From positions 64,001 to 128,000 of IMG/VR virus record IMGVR_UViG_3300046559_000446: a stretch of 64,000 bases of DNA. One strand, 5' to 3'. The notes below the pieces were generated by a model, which was not told the DNA's origin, ran no database searches, and saw only the letters and a list, made by a program, of their open reading frames with translations. The translations under genes were made by a program, and so were the position numbers. Shown here piece by piece: positions 32,193 through 40,767 of the stretch; the stretch's first letter is position 1; the number at the start of each line of letters is the position of its first letter. Origin of the DNA: a virus.

Positions 32193-32776
32193 CTAAAAAG
32201 ACCGAACATGAGCACCAGGTCCATAAGTCGAGCCGCATCAAACCCTCGATTCAGGCTGCTTTGGACGAAACGCACCCCACCGGGGGCGCTGAAGTGCTCC
32301 ACCATCACCCTTCCGTGGCCGGATCGCACCGCCGGCCCGGCGATTTCGACGTATTCGACCCCCAAGACCCCGGCATGCAGGGCATTCCGCTGGCCGGGCC
32401 TCCTTCTTACCTGTCGCCATCGACCGGCGACCTCCAAAGGAAGCTGGCGGAAGCTCCTCCTCTCTTAATGCCCGATCTTGAGCACGTCGCCGCCTTTGGC
32501 GAGGGCTTCACTCACATCGCCAGCGGCAATGAGGGCGTCACCGCGACCAATATTCATCCCAACCAGGTCCGCTTCATGGATTTCGGCGCCGCGCTTCTCC
32601 AATTGGAGCAGGGCCACCGCATTCAGCGCAAGGCGTGGAGCGGCAGATGGGTCGAGGCCCGCTTTCCCGACGGCGCGCCGGCGTGTCTTTACATGACGCT
32701 GGCCAACGGCGAAATGACCATCTGGACTATCTCCCAAGCTGACGTATTGGCCAGAGACTGGAGCATTGCGCCATGA
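32189..32776 (+). CDS. Protein with C-terminal DUF2829 (Tad2-like) domain
   Basis: MDFGAALLQLEQGHRIQRKAW...WTISQADVLARDW. Confidence 0.75.
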   Translation: MTKKTEHEHQVHKSSRIKPSIQAALDETHPTGGAEVLHHHPSVAGSHRRPGDFDVFDPQDPGMQGIPLAGPPSYLSPSTGDLQRKLAEAPPLLMPDLEHVAAFGEGFTHIASGNEGVTATNIHPNQVRFMDFGAALLQLEQGHRIQRKAWSGRWVEARFPDGAPACLYMTLANGEMTIWTISQADVLARDWSIAP

Positions 32777-33111
32777 CCGTAGTTGAGAACGACCGTATGA
32801 CGTCCATCAATCCCTACAGCATGGATTTTGGCACGGCCATCCTGCAAATGCGGGCCGGCTGCAAAGTCCAGCGCGAGGGCTGGAACGGCAAGGATATGTG
32901 GATCGCCCTGTCGGGCGTGGAGGGACCGCGCGTAGTCTACCACGAGCAGCTTTGGTCGAAGGTCGCCCGCGATTACGCCAAAACCCAGCCCGATGGGAGA
33001 GTTACCGTCCTGCCCTGCTTCATCATGAAGACGGCGACCGGCGAAATCCTGATGGGTTGGCTGGCGAGCCAATCCGACATGCTGGCCCAGGATTGGAGAG
33101 TTGTGCCGTGA
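32773..33111 (+). CDS. tad2: DUF2829 / Tad2-like anti-defence sponge protein
   Basis: MDFGTAILQMRAGCKVQREGWNGKDMWI...PCFIMKTATG...GWLASQSDMLAQDW. Confidence 0.85.
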   Translation: MTVVENDRMTSINPYSMDFGTAILQMRAGCKVQREGWNGKDMWIALSGVEGPRVVYHEQLWSKVARDYAKTQPDGRVTVLPCFIMKTATGEILMGWLASQSDMLAQDWRVVP

Positions 33112-33299
33112 CCCCGTTCAGGCCCGAACCCATCAAGACGACCAAGCTATGGACCGGCGTCTGCCGCGACGGCCCGTGGAAAGGCCTGCCATTGACGGCG
33201 GGATCGCGCTTCGTCTGCGCCCCCGACGGCAATGAATACTGCAATGACGGGACCGGACACTGGAACTGGGTCGAGCTACACCACGAGGGCAAGAAATGA
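33108..33299 (+). CDS. Small protein (GxCxxGP...W-x-W mini-domain)
   Basis: GTGA overlap; TGVCRDGPWKG...EY...HWNW. Confidence 0.55.
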   Translation: MTPFRPEPIKTTKLWTGVCRDGPWKGLPLTAGSRFVCAPDGNEYCNDGTGHWNWVELHHEGKK

Positions 33300-33754
33300 G
33301 CAAAATCCTCAATGGCGTTTGCGTCGGCGGTCCCCTGAATGACCGGGGCCTGACCTGGGACAAGGACGTGAAAGTGCTGCTGGCGTCGAACAACGACGGC
33401 CACGCCGGCGAATACCACTATGACCACGCAGCCACCAACAAGTGGATCTGGCTTGACGAAGGCAAGGAACAAACCATGAGCAGAGCAGCCGAAGAGCAGA
33501 CCATACCCCGAATTACGCCCGAAATCATCGATAAGCGCATCGTGCGGGTGAAATACTATCAATTTCCCGACTCCACCGTCATGATCTGCGCCATCGAACT
33601 GACCAATGGCTACCATGTCATTGGCGAGGCCGGCTGCTCTTCTCCGCTCACTTTTGACGAAACCATCGCCAGGCGGATCTCCTTCGACGACGCCCGCCGC
33701 AAGATCTGGCCGCTGGAGGGCTACGTCCTCCGCAACGAACTGAAGGGGCTATGA
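33296..33754 (+). CDS. acb2: Acb2/Gp49-like anti-CBASS sponge with N-terminal extra mini-domain (internal start 33476)
   Basis: PRITPEIID...CAIELTNGYHVIGEAGC.SP..FD...IARRI...A..KIWPLEGY. Confidence 0.8.
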   Translation: MSKILNGVCVGGPLNDRGLTWDKDVKVLLASNNDGHAGEYHYDHAATNKWIWLDEGKEQTMSRAAEEQTIPRITPEIIDKRIVRVKYYQFPDSTVMICAIELTNGYHVIGEAGCSSPLTFDETIARRISFDDARRKIWPLEGYVLRNELKGL

Positions 33755-33894
33755 CGCCGCTCGATATCGCCATTTCGGTTTTCATCCTGCTGCTTGTCAG
33801 CCGCCTCTCCTACAACAAGGGGCGGCGCGACGAGCGCGCCGCTCATTTCGAGGATTACGAAAATGAGTTTCATGATGAAGGCCACTGTCGATAA
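33751..33894 (+). CDS. 47-aa membrane micro-protein
   Basis: ATGA overlap; MTPLDIAISVFILLLVSRLSYNKGRR... Confidence 0.45.
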   Translation: MTPLDIAISVFILLLVSRLSYNKGRRDERAAHFEDYENEFHDEGHCR

Positions 33895-34078
33895 TCACCC
33901 GCTGCCTGGCGGGCGACCCTCACACCTGTTTGACGTCCATGTCGAGGGCGGCGATCCGCCGGCCAAGGCCGAATACACCATCATCGCCAACGATGAGGAT
34001 GAAGCGGCCCGCGAGGGCATGAAACGGTTCCAAAAGGCCCATGACAAGACGCCGATGCCCGACATTGGCGATATTTGA
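33863..34078 (+). CDS. Hypothetical protein
   Basis: GAGG RBS; just before the portal. Confidence 0.6.
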   Translation: MSFMMKATVDNHPLPGGRPSHLFDVHVEGGDPPAKAEYTIIANDEDEAAREGMKRFQKAHDKTPMPDIGDI

Positions 34079-34122
34079 AATAGGCGTTATAGTCCCTTCT
34101 GCTTTTCCAGAGAGGATGCGCC

Positions 34123-36657
34123 ATGCCATTGGTGCCGGGCTTGCCCCTGAACATCCGCCAGACCAATGGCGGCGCCCCGCCGGCCATTTCTCCGGGCGTC
34201 TCCATCCAGCATGACGTTCACGAGCCTCCCGGCGTCCCCGAAATGGACGACGCCGGCGCTGTCATCAAGATCGAGCATGCCGACGGCAGCGTCACTGTCT
34301 CGCTTGATGGCAAATCGCTGGTCGATAAGCCAGAGCAGAACACAGGCTGGTTCGCCAACCTGGCCGAAAAGCTTCCGGAAGACGATCTGAGCGGCATTGC
34401 CGACGATTTGCTGCGCGGGATCGACGAGGATCTGACCAGCCGCAACGACTGGATCGAAGAGCGCGCCCAGGGCATCAAGCTGCTCGGCCTCAAGATCGAG
34501 ATCCCCAATTTGCAGTCGGCGGCGGACGGCGCCCCGGTGGACGGCATGTCAAAAGTGCGGCATCCGCTGCTGCAGGAGGCGGTGCTCCGCTTTCAAGCCA
34601 ACTGCCGCTCCGAAATGCTGCCCACCGACGGGCCGATCAAGATCCGCGATGACGGCAGCAACTCCAATCTCCCTCGTGACGCACTGGCGACCGCCCTTGA
34701 AAAAGACCTCAATCATTATCTCACTGTCACTGCGACCGAATACTATCCCGACACCGACAAGATGTTCCTTCTGCTGGGCTTTGGCGGCACGGCATTCAAG
34801 AAAGTGTACAACTGCCCGCTGCGTAATCGGCCAGTTTCTGAATCGGTTGACGCCAACGACCTCATCGTCAACGACGCCGCCACCGACCTCGCCAACGCCA
34901 AGCGTGTTACCCATCGATCTATGATGCGGCCCTCGACGGTCAGGCGCATGCAGATAATCGGCGCCTATCGCGACATCGACCTCGATACGCCCAAGCCGCA
35001 GACGCTCGACGCTGCGCAGGAGGCGGCTAAAAACCAGCAAGGGATCCAGACCAACACCACGAGGCCCGACGACCGTGACCGCGAGATCTACGAGTGCTAT
35101 TGCGAACTCGATCTCAAAGGCTACGAGCACAAGTACAAAGGCAAGATTTCGGGCCTTGAGATCCCGTACCGGGTCACCATCGACCTCTCCAGCCGCAAAA
35201 TCCTCTCGGTCGTCAGAAACTACGATGAGGACACGAAGGAGCTTCCTGAAGCTAGAGAGACATTCGTCAAATATACCTACGTACCGGGCCTCGGCTTCTA
35301 CGATATCGGACTCCTTCATATATTGGGCAATACCACCAACGCTGTTACTGCTGCTTGGCGCGAGTTGCTGGACGCTGGAATGTTTAACAACTTTCCCGGC
35401 TTTCTCATGGCTGATACGGGAGCCAGACAGAACACGAATATCTTCCGCGTACCGCCGGGCGGCGGCGTCCTCGTCAAGACGGGCGGTCTTCCCATCAATC
35501 AGGCGATTATGCCACTTCCTTACCAGCCGCCGTCTCAAGCTCTGATGGCCCTGGTCGATAACATGGTGCAGACCGGCCAGCGCAGCGGCGGCACCGCCGA
35601 ACTGCCGGCCAACGAAGGCAAGGCCGAAATCCCCGTCGGCACCATCCTGGCGATGATCGAGCAGGCCCAGAAGGTGCTGAACAACGTCCACAAGCGCATG
35701 CACTCGGCGCAATCGCAGGAATTTCGCCTGCTGATACGCTGCTTCAAGGAGAACCCCAAGGCGTTCTGGCAGCGCAACAAGAAGCCGTCCGCGCCGTGGG
35801 ACGAGCAGAACTTCCGCGCCGCGCTCGATCAGGCCGACCTGACCCCGCAGGCCGATCCGAATACGTCGAGCCATGGCCAGCGCGTGATGAAGATCATGGC
35901 GCTCAAGCAGTTGCAGCAGCAAAACCCCAGTCTCTACGACCCCATCGCCATCGATACGGCGGCGCTGCAGGCGCTGGGCTGGAACAATCCGCAGCAATTC
36001 ATGGCGCCGCCGAGCGCCCAGGCCGCGCCTCCCCCGCAACTCATCCAGCAGCAGGCTGAGACGGCGGCGAAGACCCTCACCTCGCAGGCGGCGATGGTCA
36101 CCGCCCAGGCGCGGGCCAAGGAGGCCGGCGCCCGCGCCATGAACCTGATGGCGGAAGCCCAGACCATGGGCATGGACGAAACCGGCCAGATCCAGCAGGA
36201 CACGCCGGTCGATCAGCACCGCGCCGAATCGGAGCGCATCAAGGCCAACGCGCATGCGCAGCAGGCCGACACTCACCAATCCGTCATGCAGGCCAAGTCC
36301 CAGGCCGACCTGCTGAACGCCCAGACGCGGGCCAAGGAAATCCAATTGAAGCTGGGCGAACTGTCGATGAAGGATTCGCACCACGACGACGAGCAGCGCC
36401 TCAAGGCGAGGCAGAGCGCCGTCGATATGGCCAAGCAGGTCATGGACACCCGTGCCGAAGACCAGCGCACCGCCGCCGAGATCCATCACGATCACACCAT
36501 ACTGAGCCGCGAGCAGGAGCACGATCACGCGATCACCGAAAAGACCCACGCGCATGAGAAGGAATTGGAGGGCGTGAAGAAAGCGGCGGCTATCGCGGTC
36601 GCTAAAGCCAAACCGAAACCCAAGCCTGCAGCCGCCAAGCCAAAGGCCAAGAAATGA
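34123..36657 (+). CDS. Portal protein (P22-like, long helical C-terminus)
   Basis: 844 aa after TerL; HPLLQEAVLRFQA, GFGGTAFKKVY, GLGFYDIGL motifs; Q/A-rich barrel region. Confidence 0.85.
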   Translation: MPLVPGLPLNIRQTNGGAPPAISPGVSIQHDVHEPPGVPEMDDAGAVIKIEHADGSVTVSLDGKSLVDKPEQNTGWFANLAEKLPEDDLSGIADDLLRGIDEDLTSRNDWIEERAQGIKLLGLKIEIPNLQSAADGAPVDGMSKVRHPLLQEAVLRFQANCRSEMLPTDGPIKIRDDGSNSNLPRDALATALEKDLNHYLTVTATEYYPDTDKMFLLLGFGGTAFKKVYNCPLRNRPVSESVDANDLIVNDAATDLANAKRVTHRSMMRPSTVRRMQIIGAYRDIDLDTPKPQTLDAAQEAAKNQQGIQTNTTRPDDRDREIYECYCELDLKGYEHKYKGKISGLEIPYRVTIDLSSRKILSVVRNYDEDTKELPEARETFVKYTYVPGLGFYDIGLLHILGNTTNAVTAAWRELLDAGMFNNFPGFLMADTGARQNTNIFRVPPGGGVLVKTGGLPINQAIMPLPYQPPSQALMALVDNMVQTGQRSGGTAELPANEGKAEIPVGTILAMIEQAQKVLNNVHKRMHSAQSQEFRLLIRCFKENPKAFWQRNKKPSAPWDEQNFRAALDQADLTPQADPNTSSHGQRVMKIMALKQLQQQNPSLYDPIAIDTAALQALGWNNPQQFMAPPSAQAAPPPQLIQQQAETAAKTLTSQAAMVTAQARAKEAGARAMNLMAEAQTMGMDETGQIQQDTPVDQHRAESERIKANAHAQQADTHQSVMQAKSQADLLNAQTRAKEIQLKLGELSMKDSHHDDEQRLKARQSAVDMAKQVMDTRAEDQRTAAEIHHDHTILSREQEHDHAITEKTHAHEKELEGVKKAAAIAVAKAKPKPKPAAAKPKAKK

Positions 36658-38870
36658 ACGAGCGCGCGAAAGCCCTTGGCTTCGATCCGTCGCAGACGTG
36701 GTTTCACGGCTCAACTAAGGATCTGCCGGCTTTCGCCGCCAAGCGCGCTCCGCGCAGCGAGCAAATGGGCCTGGAAGGCGTTCACCTTGCGCAAAATCCG
36801 GATTTTGCCTCCCATTACGCCGAAGGGCCTGGCGGCAACGTCACGCCAGTTCATGTGCGCGGCAATATTCTCGACGCCACCCAGCTTATCCCCGAAGGCG
36901 GCGAGCATCACGCCATTCTCGATAAGCTGCTGAAGGGAACAGGCCGCAAGCCATACTGGAACTCTGATGAGCAGGGGCGTCGATTCGCCCCGCCGCTTCA
37001 GGGTCATATCGACGCCGTCAGCCCGCAAAAGGCCAAGCGCGTCATCCAGGAACACGGCTACGACGGCGTCAAATACGATGCTCGATACGGATCATTGCAG
37101 CCTGGAGGCCGCAGCGCGAGCATTTCAAACAAAAGCCCCGCAGTGGTGATGTTCGACCCATCGAATATCCGGGCCAGGACTGCACAATTCGACCCCCAGC
37201 AAGCAGGGAGCGCGGAACTAATGGCATCGAGAGGCGGTAAGGCGATCCACTCTGCGCTCCTGACGGCCAAGAGCCTTTATGACAAGCTGCCGCATGTCGT
37301 CGGCGGCGGGGCGCCGATGGCCAAGGGCGGCGCTGCGCTGGCGCCGATTCCCCAGATCATCATGCCGGGCGATCACCCGGCCCGCATCGACACCCGGCTG
37401 GCGACCGGGGCCAAGCCGCTCGATCTGGGGCCAGGGCCGCGCACCGTCAACATGGCTGCGTTGCGGGCGACGCCGGCGCTGTTCGACAAGAACGTCGATA
37501 TCCTGCGGCACTACCCGAATGTTTCGAAAAGGGCGGCGAAGCTGTCGAACCCGGATATGGCCGAGCATTTCATCAATCACGTCAAGGACAACCTGCTGTG
37601 GCTGCACGATCAGGTGCCCAACGAAACCCGGCAGCGGTCCAAATTGTGGTACGACGGCGCCAACAAGCTGGCCAAGGAGTGGGCGCAAAAATACGGCGTC
37701 TCGGAGGCGTCCGCCGCCGGCGCGCTGGCCGCGCTGTCGCCGCAGAAGGACTGGTTTCAGAACGTGTCGCTGGCCGAGCGCGTCCTGCATGCGATGAAGG
37801 GGCGCGGCAATAACGCATATCATGGTGAAACCTTTTCGCCTGAAATGGAGGGCACCTATCGCGGCCTGGACAAGCTGGCCACCGAGAAGAACGAGCCAAT
37901 CTTCCAGGCGATCAGGGGCAAGTCGCTGGGCGACATCGACGACATGAAGCACATTCCCGGCGACGAGCGCGCGGTCATGAAGGCGCTGTGGATCCGGATG
38001 CACGATCAGACCCACGGCGATCCCGGCTACAAGATCGCCACGCCGGAAGGTCATTTTGGCGAGGTCGCCCGGAACGCCGACGGATCGCCATCGAGGGCGG
38101 GCTGGGGTTCGCTGGGCGAAATCGGCAAGGCGGTGCAGGCCATCGAGAGCAATGGCGATCCGACCTTCATGAACCGCCTGATGGGCGAGCGCCACAAGGT
38201 TCGCAATTTCTACAATAACATCCTCGATCCCAACTCCCAGCACGGCGACGTCACCATCGACACCCATGCGGTCGCCGCCGGCCTGCTGCGCGCGCTGTCG
38301 GGCAATTCGCTTGAGGTGGCGCACAATTTCAGCAACTACGCCGGCAAGGGCGTTCCCGGCGCCGGCGGCTCCAACGCCACCGGCGTGAACGGAACCTATC
38401 CGCTCTACGCCGACGCCTATCGCCAAGCCGCCAAAGAGCGCGGTATACTGCCGCGCGAAATGCAATCGATTACGTGGGAGGCGATCAGAGGATTGTTCCC
38501 CGACACCTTCAAAACTGATAAAAACAACGCCCATATCGACAGCATCTGGAACGACTACAAGAACGGAAAGAAGGGAATCGACGATGTCCGCAAAGAAATC
38601 CACGACTTCGCGGGGGGCATCCGGCCACCGGAGTGGCACGACACCTCTGGAACGCCTGATGCACCGGTTCGGGGTGCCAGTGGACCGGGACTCGTACCTG
38701 GCCCTGGATCACGCGGGCCAGCCCCCCAAGGAATTATCGGCGGAACAGGAAATGGACCTCCCGGAGCACCTGCGCCGCAAGCACCCCGGCAGTCGGGGCT
38801 GATCCTGCCGCCAGGTTATGCCTGCGGCGGCATGATCGACAAAGCATTGGCCGCGACACGGCCCCGGTAA
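36654..38870 (+). CDS. Fusion: ADP-ribosyltransferase-like (ART-PolyVal type) plus HhH-GPD glycosylase-like domain
   Basis: N: WFHGS...VHLAQNP..AS.YA...PVHV...GYDGVK...VVMFDPSNI. C: LWYDGA...ALAALSPQ.DW..N...KVRNFYNNI...VTIDTHA...QSITW. Confidence 0.6.
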   Translation: MNERAKALGFDPSQTWFHGSTKDLPAFAAKRAPRSEQMGLEGVHLAQNPDFASHYAEGPGGNVTPVHVRGNILDATQLIPEGGEHHAILDKLLKGTGRKPYWNSDEQGRRFAPPLQGHIDAVSPQKAKRVIQEHGYDGVKYDARYGSLQPGGRSASISNKSPAVVMFDPSNIRARTAQFDPQQAGSAELMASRGGKAIHSALLTAKSLYDKLPHVVGGGAPMAKGGAALAPIPQIIMPGDHPARIDTRLATGAKPLDLGPGPRTVNMAALRATPALFDKNVDILRHYPNVSKRAAKLSNPDMAEHFINHVKDNLLWLHDQVPNETRQRSKLWYDGANKLAKEWAQKYGVSEASAAGALAALSPQKDWFQNVSLAERVLHAMKGRGNNAYHGETFSPEMEGTYRGLDKLATEKNEPIFQAIRGKSLGDIDDMKHIPGDERAVMKALWIRMHDQTHGDPGYKIATPEGHFGEVARNADGSPSRAGWGSLGEIGKAVQAIESNGDPTFMNRLMGERHKVRNFYNNILDPNSQHGDVTIDTHAVAAGLLRALSGNSLEVAHNFSNYAGKGVPGAGGSNATGVNGTYPLYADAYRQAAKERGILPREMQSITWEAIRGLFPDTFKTDKNNAHIDSIWNDYKNGKKGIDDVRKEIHDFAGGIRPPEWHDTSGTPDAPVRGASGPGLVPGPGSRGPAPQGIIGGTGNGPPGAPAPQAPRQSGLILPPGYACGGMIDKALAATRPR

Positions 38871-38896
38871 CCTGATACGGTGATTTAGCTAGAAGG

Positions 38897-39160
38897 ATGA
38901 CGCCGATGTGTTTCTCGCTCGCCTGGCTTGAGAATTTGCTCATTTGGGTTGTCATCGTCGGCGCCCTGATCGCCATCCTCCAGCTTTTCGTGCCTTGGGT
39001 GCTGGCCCAAGTCGGGGATCTGGGCGGCGCCGTCGGCGTCATCCTGCAAATCGTCAAAATTATCGTCTGGGCGGTGATCGTGATCTTCGTGATCTATGTT
39101 GTGTTCGATCTGATTCAGTGCCTGATTGGCTCCGGTGGCTTGAAGCTACCCAAGTCATAA
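38897..39160 (+). CDS. Two-TM small membrane protein
   Basis: MCFSLAWLENLLIWVVIVGALIAIL...IIVWAVIVIFVIYVVFDLIQCL. Confidence 0.7.
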   Translation: MTPMCFSLAWLENLLIWVVIVGALIAILQLFVPWVLAQVGDLGGAVGVILQIVKIIVWAVIVIFVIYVVFDLIQCLIGSGGLKLPKS

Positions 39161-39202
39161 CCCCACGGCTCCGGTAAGCCGTAAACCGAGAGGACCATAT
39201 CG

Positions 39203-40483
39203 ATGTCCGAACAAGCCAAAACATACCGCGCCGCGATGCGGGCTAAGGCCGAGCGTTTGGGGACGGCCACGTCCGCAGGCAAAGTCGATTGCAGCGATTT
39301 CGGCCCTGTCGAGCAGGATCCAATTCACGCCGATAAGCAGGAGGGCCTGCGACCCGTCTCCAGGCGAGCGTATAAGAGCGGCGGCGCCGTCATGGGCGCG
39401 GCGGCTTTCAAGCATGGCGGGCGCGTTGCGCGCAAGGGCGGGGGCGCGGCCAACGCCAGTTCCATGTTCGGCAACGCCATCTACAATAGCGACGTCAAGG
39501 AAGCCAACGAGAAGCGCGACGGCTACGTCAAGCGTGAAGGCGGCATGAAGAAAGGCGGCAGGACCGGCAGATTTGGCGGCGGCGGCAATGGCCCGATTGG
39601 CGGCCAGACTGCTGTCAACAATCAGGCGGCTGCGAACGCCATGCAGGCCATCGACGCCAACAATAGAGTCGGCGGCAACGTGCCGACCAACGCCTTGGGC
39701 GTTTCGGCGGGCAGTGGCAGCGGCCATATGTTCGGCATGGCGAAGGGCGGTCACCCGCACAAGGCCGAAGACGAGAAATGCGCCAAGAAGCTGGTCGCAC
39801 ACCACAAGGCCGACGGCGGACCGATCCCGTCGCCGGCGGACGCCGGTCCGCCTCCCGGCCCGCCCGAAGCTTCACCTTCCGGAACGGACCAGGATTCGGG
39901 CAAGCTGGATGCGCTGATCAGCGCGCTGGAGCACCAGCATAAAAAGTCGAAGAAGCACAAGGCGCCGCCGATGCCGCCTCCGGGTGCTGATGATGAGGCC
40001 GGCCCGCCCCCCGATGAGCAGGCCGGCCCGCCTCCAGGCCTCGGCGCCAAGCGCGGCGGCAAGGCCCGCAAGGAAGGCGGCGGCGTCTACGCCCCCAACA
40101 TCAAGCTCGGCCCGCGCGACGGTTACGCCAAGGGCGGCAAGACCAAGGGCAGGACGAACATCAATATTGTCATTGGGCAACCTGGCGGCGCCTCTCCTCC
40201 CGATGCTGGCGGACCTCCTCCCCTGGCCGGGCCGCCGCCGGGGCCGGGGGCGGTTCCTGTGCCGCCTCCCGCGCCCCCGCCCCCGCCGATGGCTGGACCT
40301 CCAGGCATGCAGGGACCGCCGGGCGCGCCCCCGCCGATGCCGATGCCGCCTCCGGGCGGGCCGATGGGCCGCAAGCATGGCGGTCGAGCCTATCCGATTG
40401 ACGATGGATCGGGCGGCGGCAAAGGCCGTCTGCAGAAGATCAGGTCTTATGGCCTGGTTCCAGCCAAAGGAGGTGGGAAGTGA
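39203..40483 (+). CDS. Gly/Pro/Lys-rich probable internal virion protein
   Basis: GAGG RBS; about 10 x-x-x-G-G motifs and poly-Pro tracts; in the head module. Confidence 0.75.
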   Translation: MSEQAKTYRAAMRAKAERLGTATSAGKVDCSDFGPVEQDPIHADKQEGLRPVSRRAYKSGGAVMGAAAFKHGGRVARKGGGAANASSMFGNAIYNSDVKEANEKRDGYVKREGGMKKGGRTGRFGGGGNGPIGGQTAVNNQAAANAMQAIDANNRVGGNVPTNALGVSAGSGSGHMFGMAKGGHPHKAEDEKCAKKLVAHHKADGGPIPSPADAGPPPGPPEASPSGTDQDSGKLDALISALEHQHKKSKKHKAPPMPPPGADDEAGPPPDEQAGPPPGLGAKRGGKARKEGGGVYAPNIKLGPRDGYAKGGKTKGRTNINIVIGQPGGASPPDAGGPPPLAGPPPGPGAVPVPPPAPPPPPMAGPPGMQGPPGAPPPMPMPPPGGPMGRKHGGRAYPIDDGSGGGKGRLQKIRSYGLVPAKGGGK

Positions 40484-40749
40484 GCTTCGAAAAGTCTGTT
40501 GTCGATCACGCGCTTGTTGTCGCTTTGGGGATCCTCCTCCTGCTGTTCGCTTTTGCCGGCTTTGTCATTTCGGCTCGTGCTCAGTCTATCGAGATTGGGC
40601 CAGGCGGCGTTGCGGTAAGTCCTGGCCGCGAGCGCGGCTGGGGCGGGCAGTGCGAGGAACTGCGGCGCGCTTGCGAATACAAGGAAGAGCGCGGCGAGGA
40701 AGGTTACGGCAACTGCCGTCGCTATCGCCGCTTCTGCCAAGGCAGGTAA
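40480..40749 (+). CDS. Small secreted Cys-containing protein of rhizobial type
   Basis: Signal peptide ending ARA; QSIEIGPGGV...CEELRRAC...GNCRRYRRFC. Confidence 0.7.
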   Translation: MSFEKSVVDHALVVALGILLLLFAFAGFVISARAQSIEIGPGGVAVSPGRERGWGGQCEELRRACEYKEERGEEGYGNCRRYRRFCQGR

Positions 40750-40767
40750 TCAAATAGGAGAAAGTTG

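Noticed and set aside
34549-36714. 721-aa minus-strand ORF; likewise 37218-38639, 30305-31285, 55508-56806, 44552-45826, 19127-20305
   Set aside because: Antisense shadows of clear plus-strand genes, expected from high-GC codon bias; no motifs or RBS.
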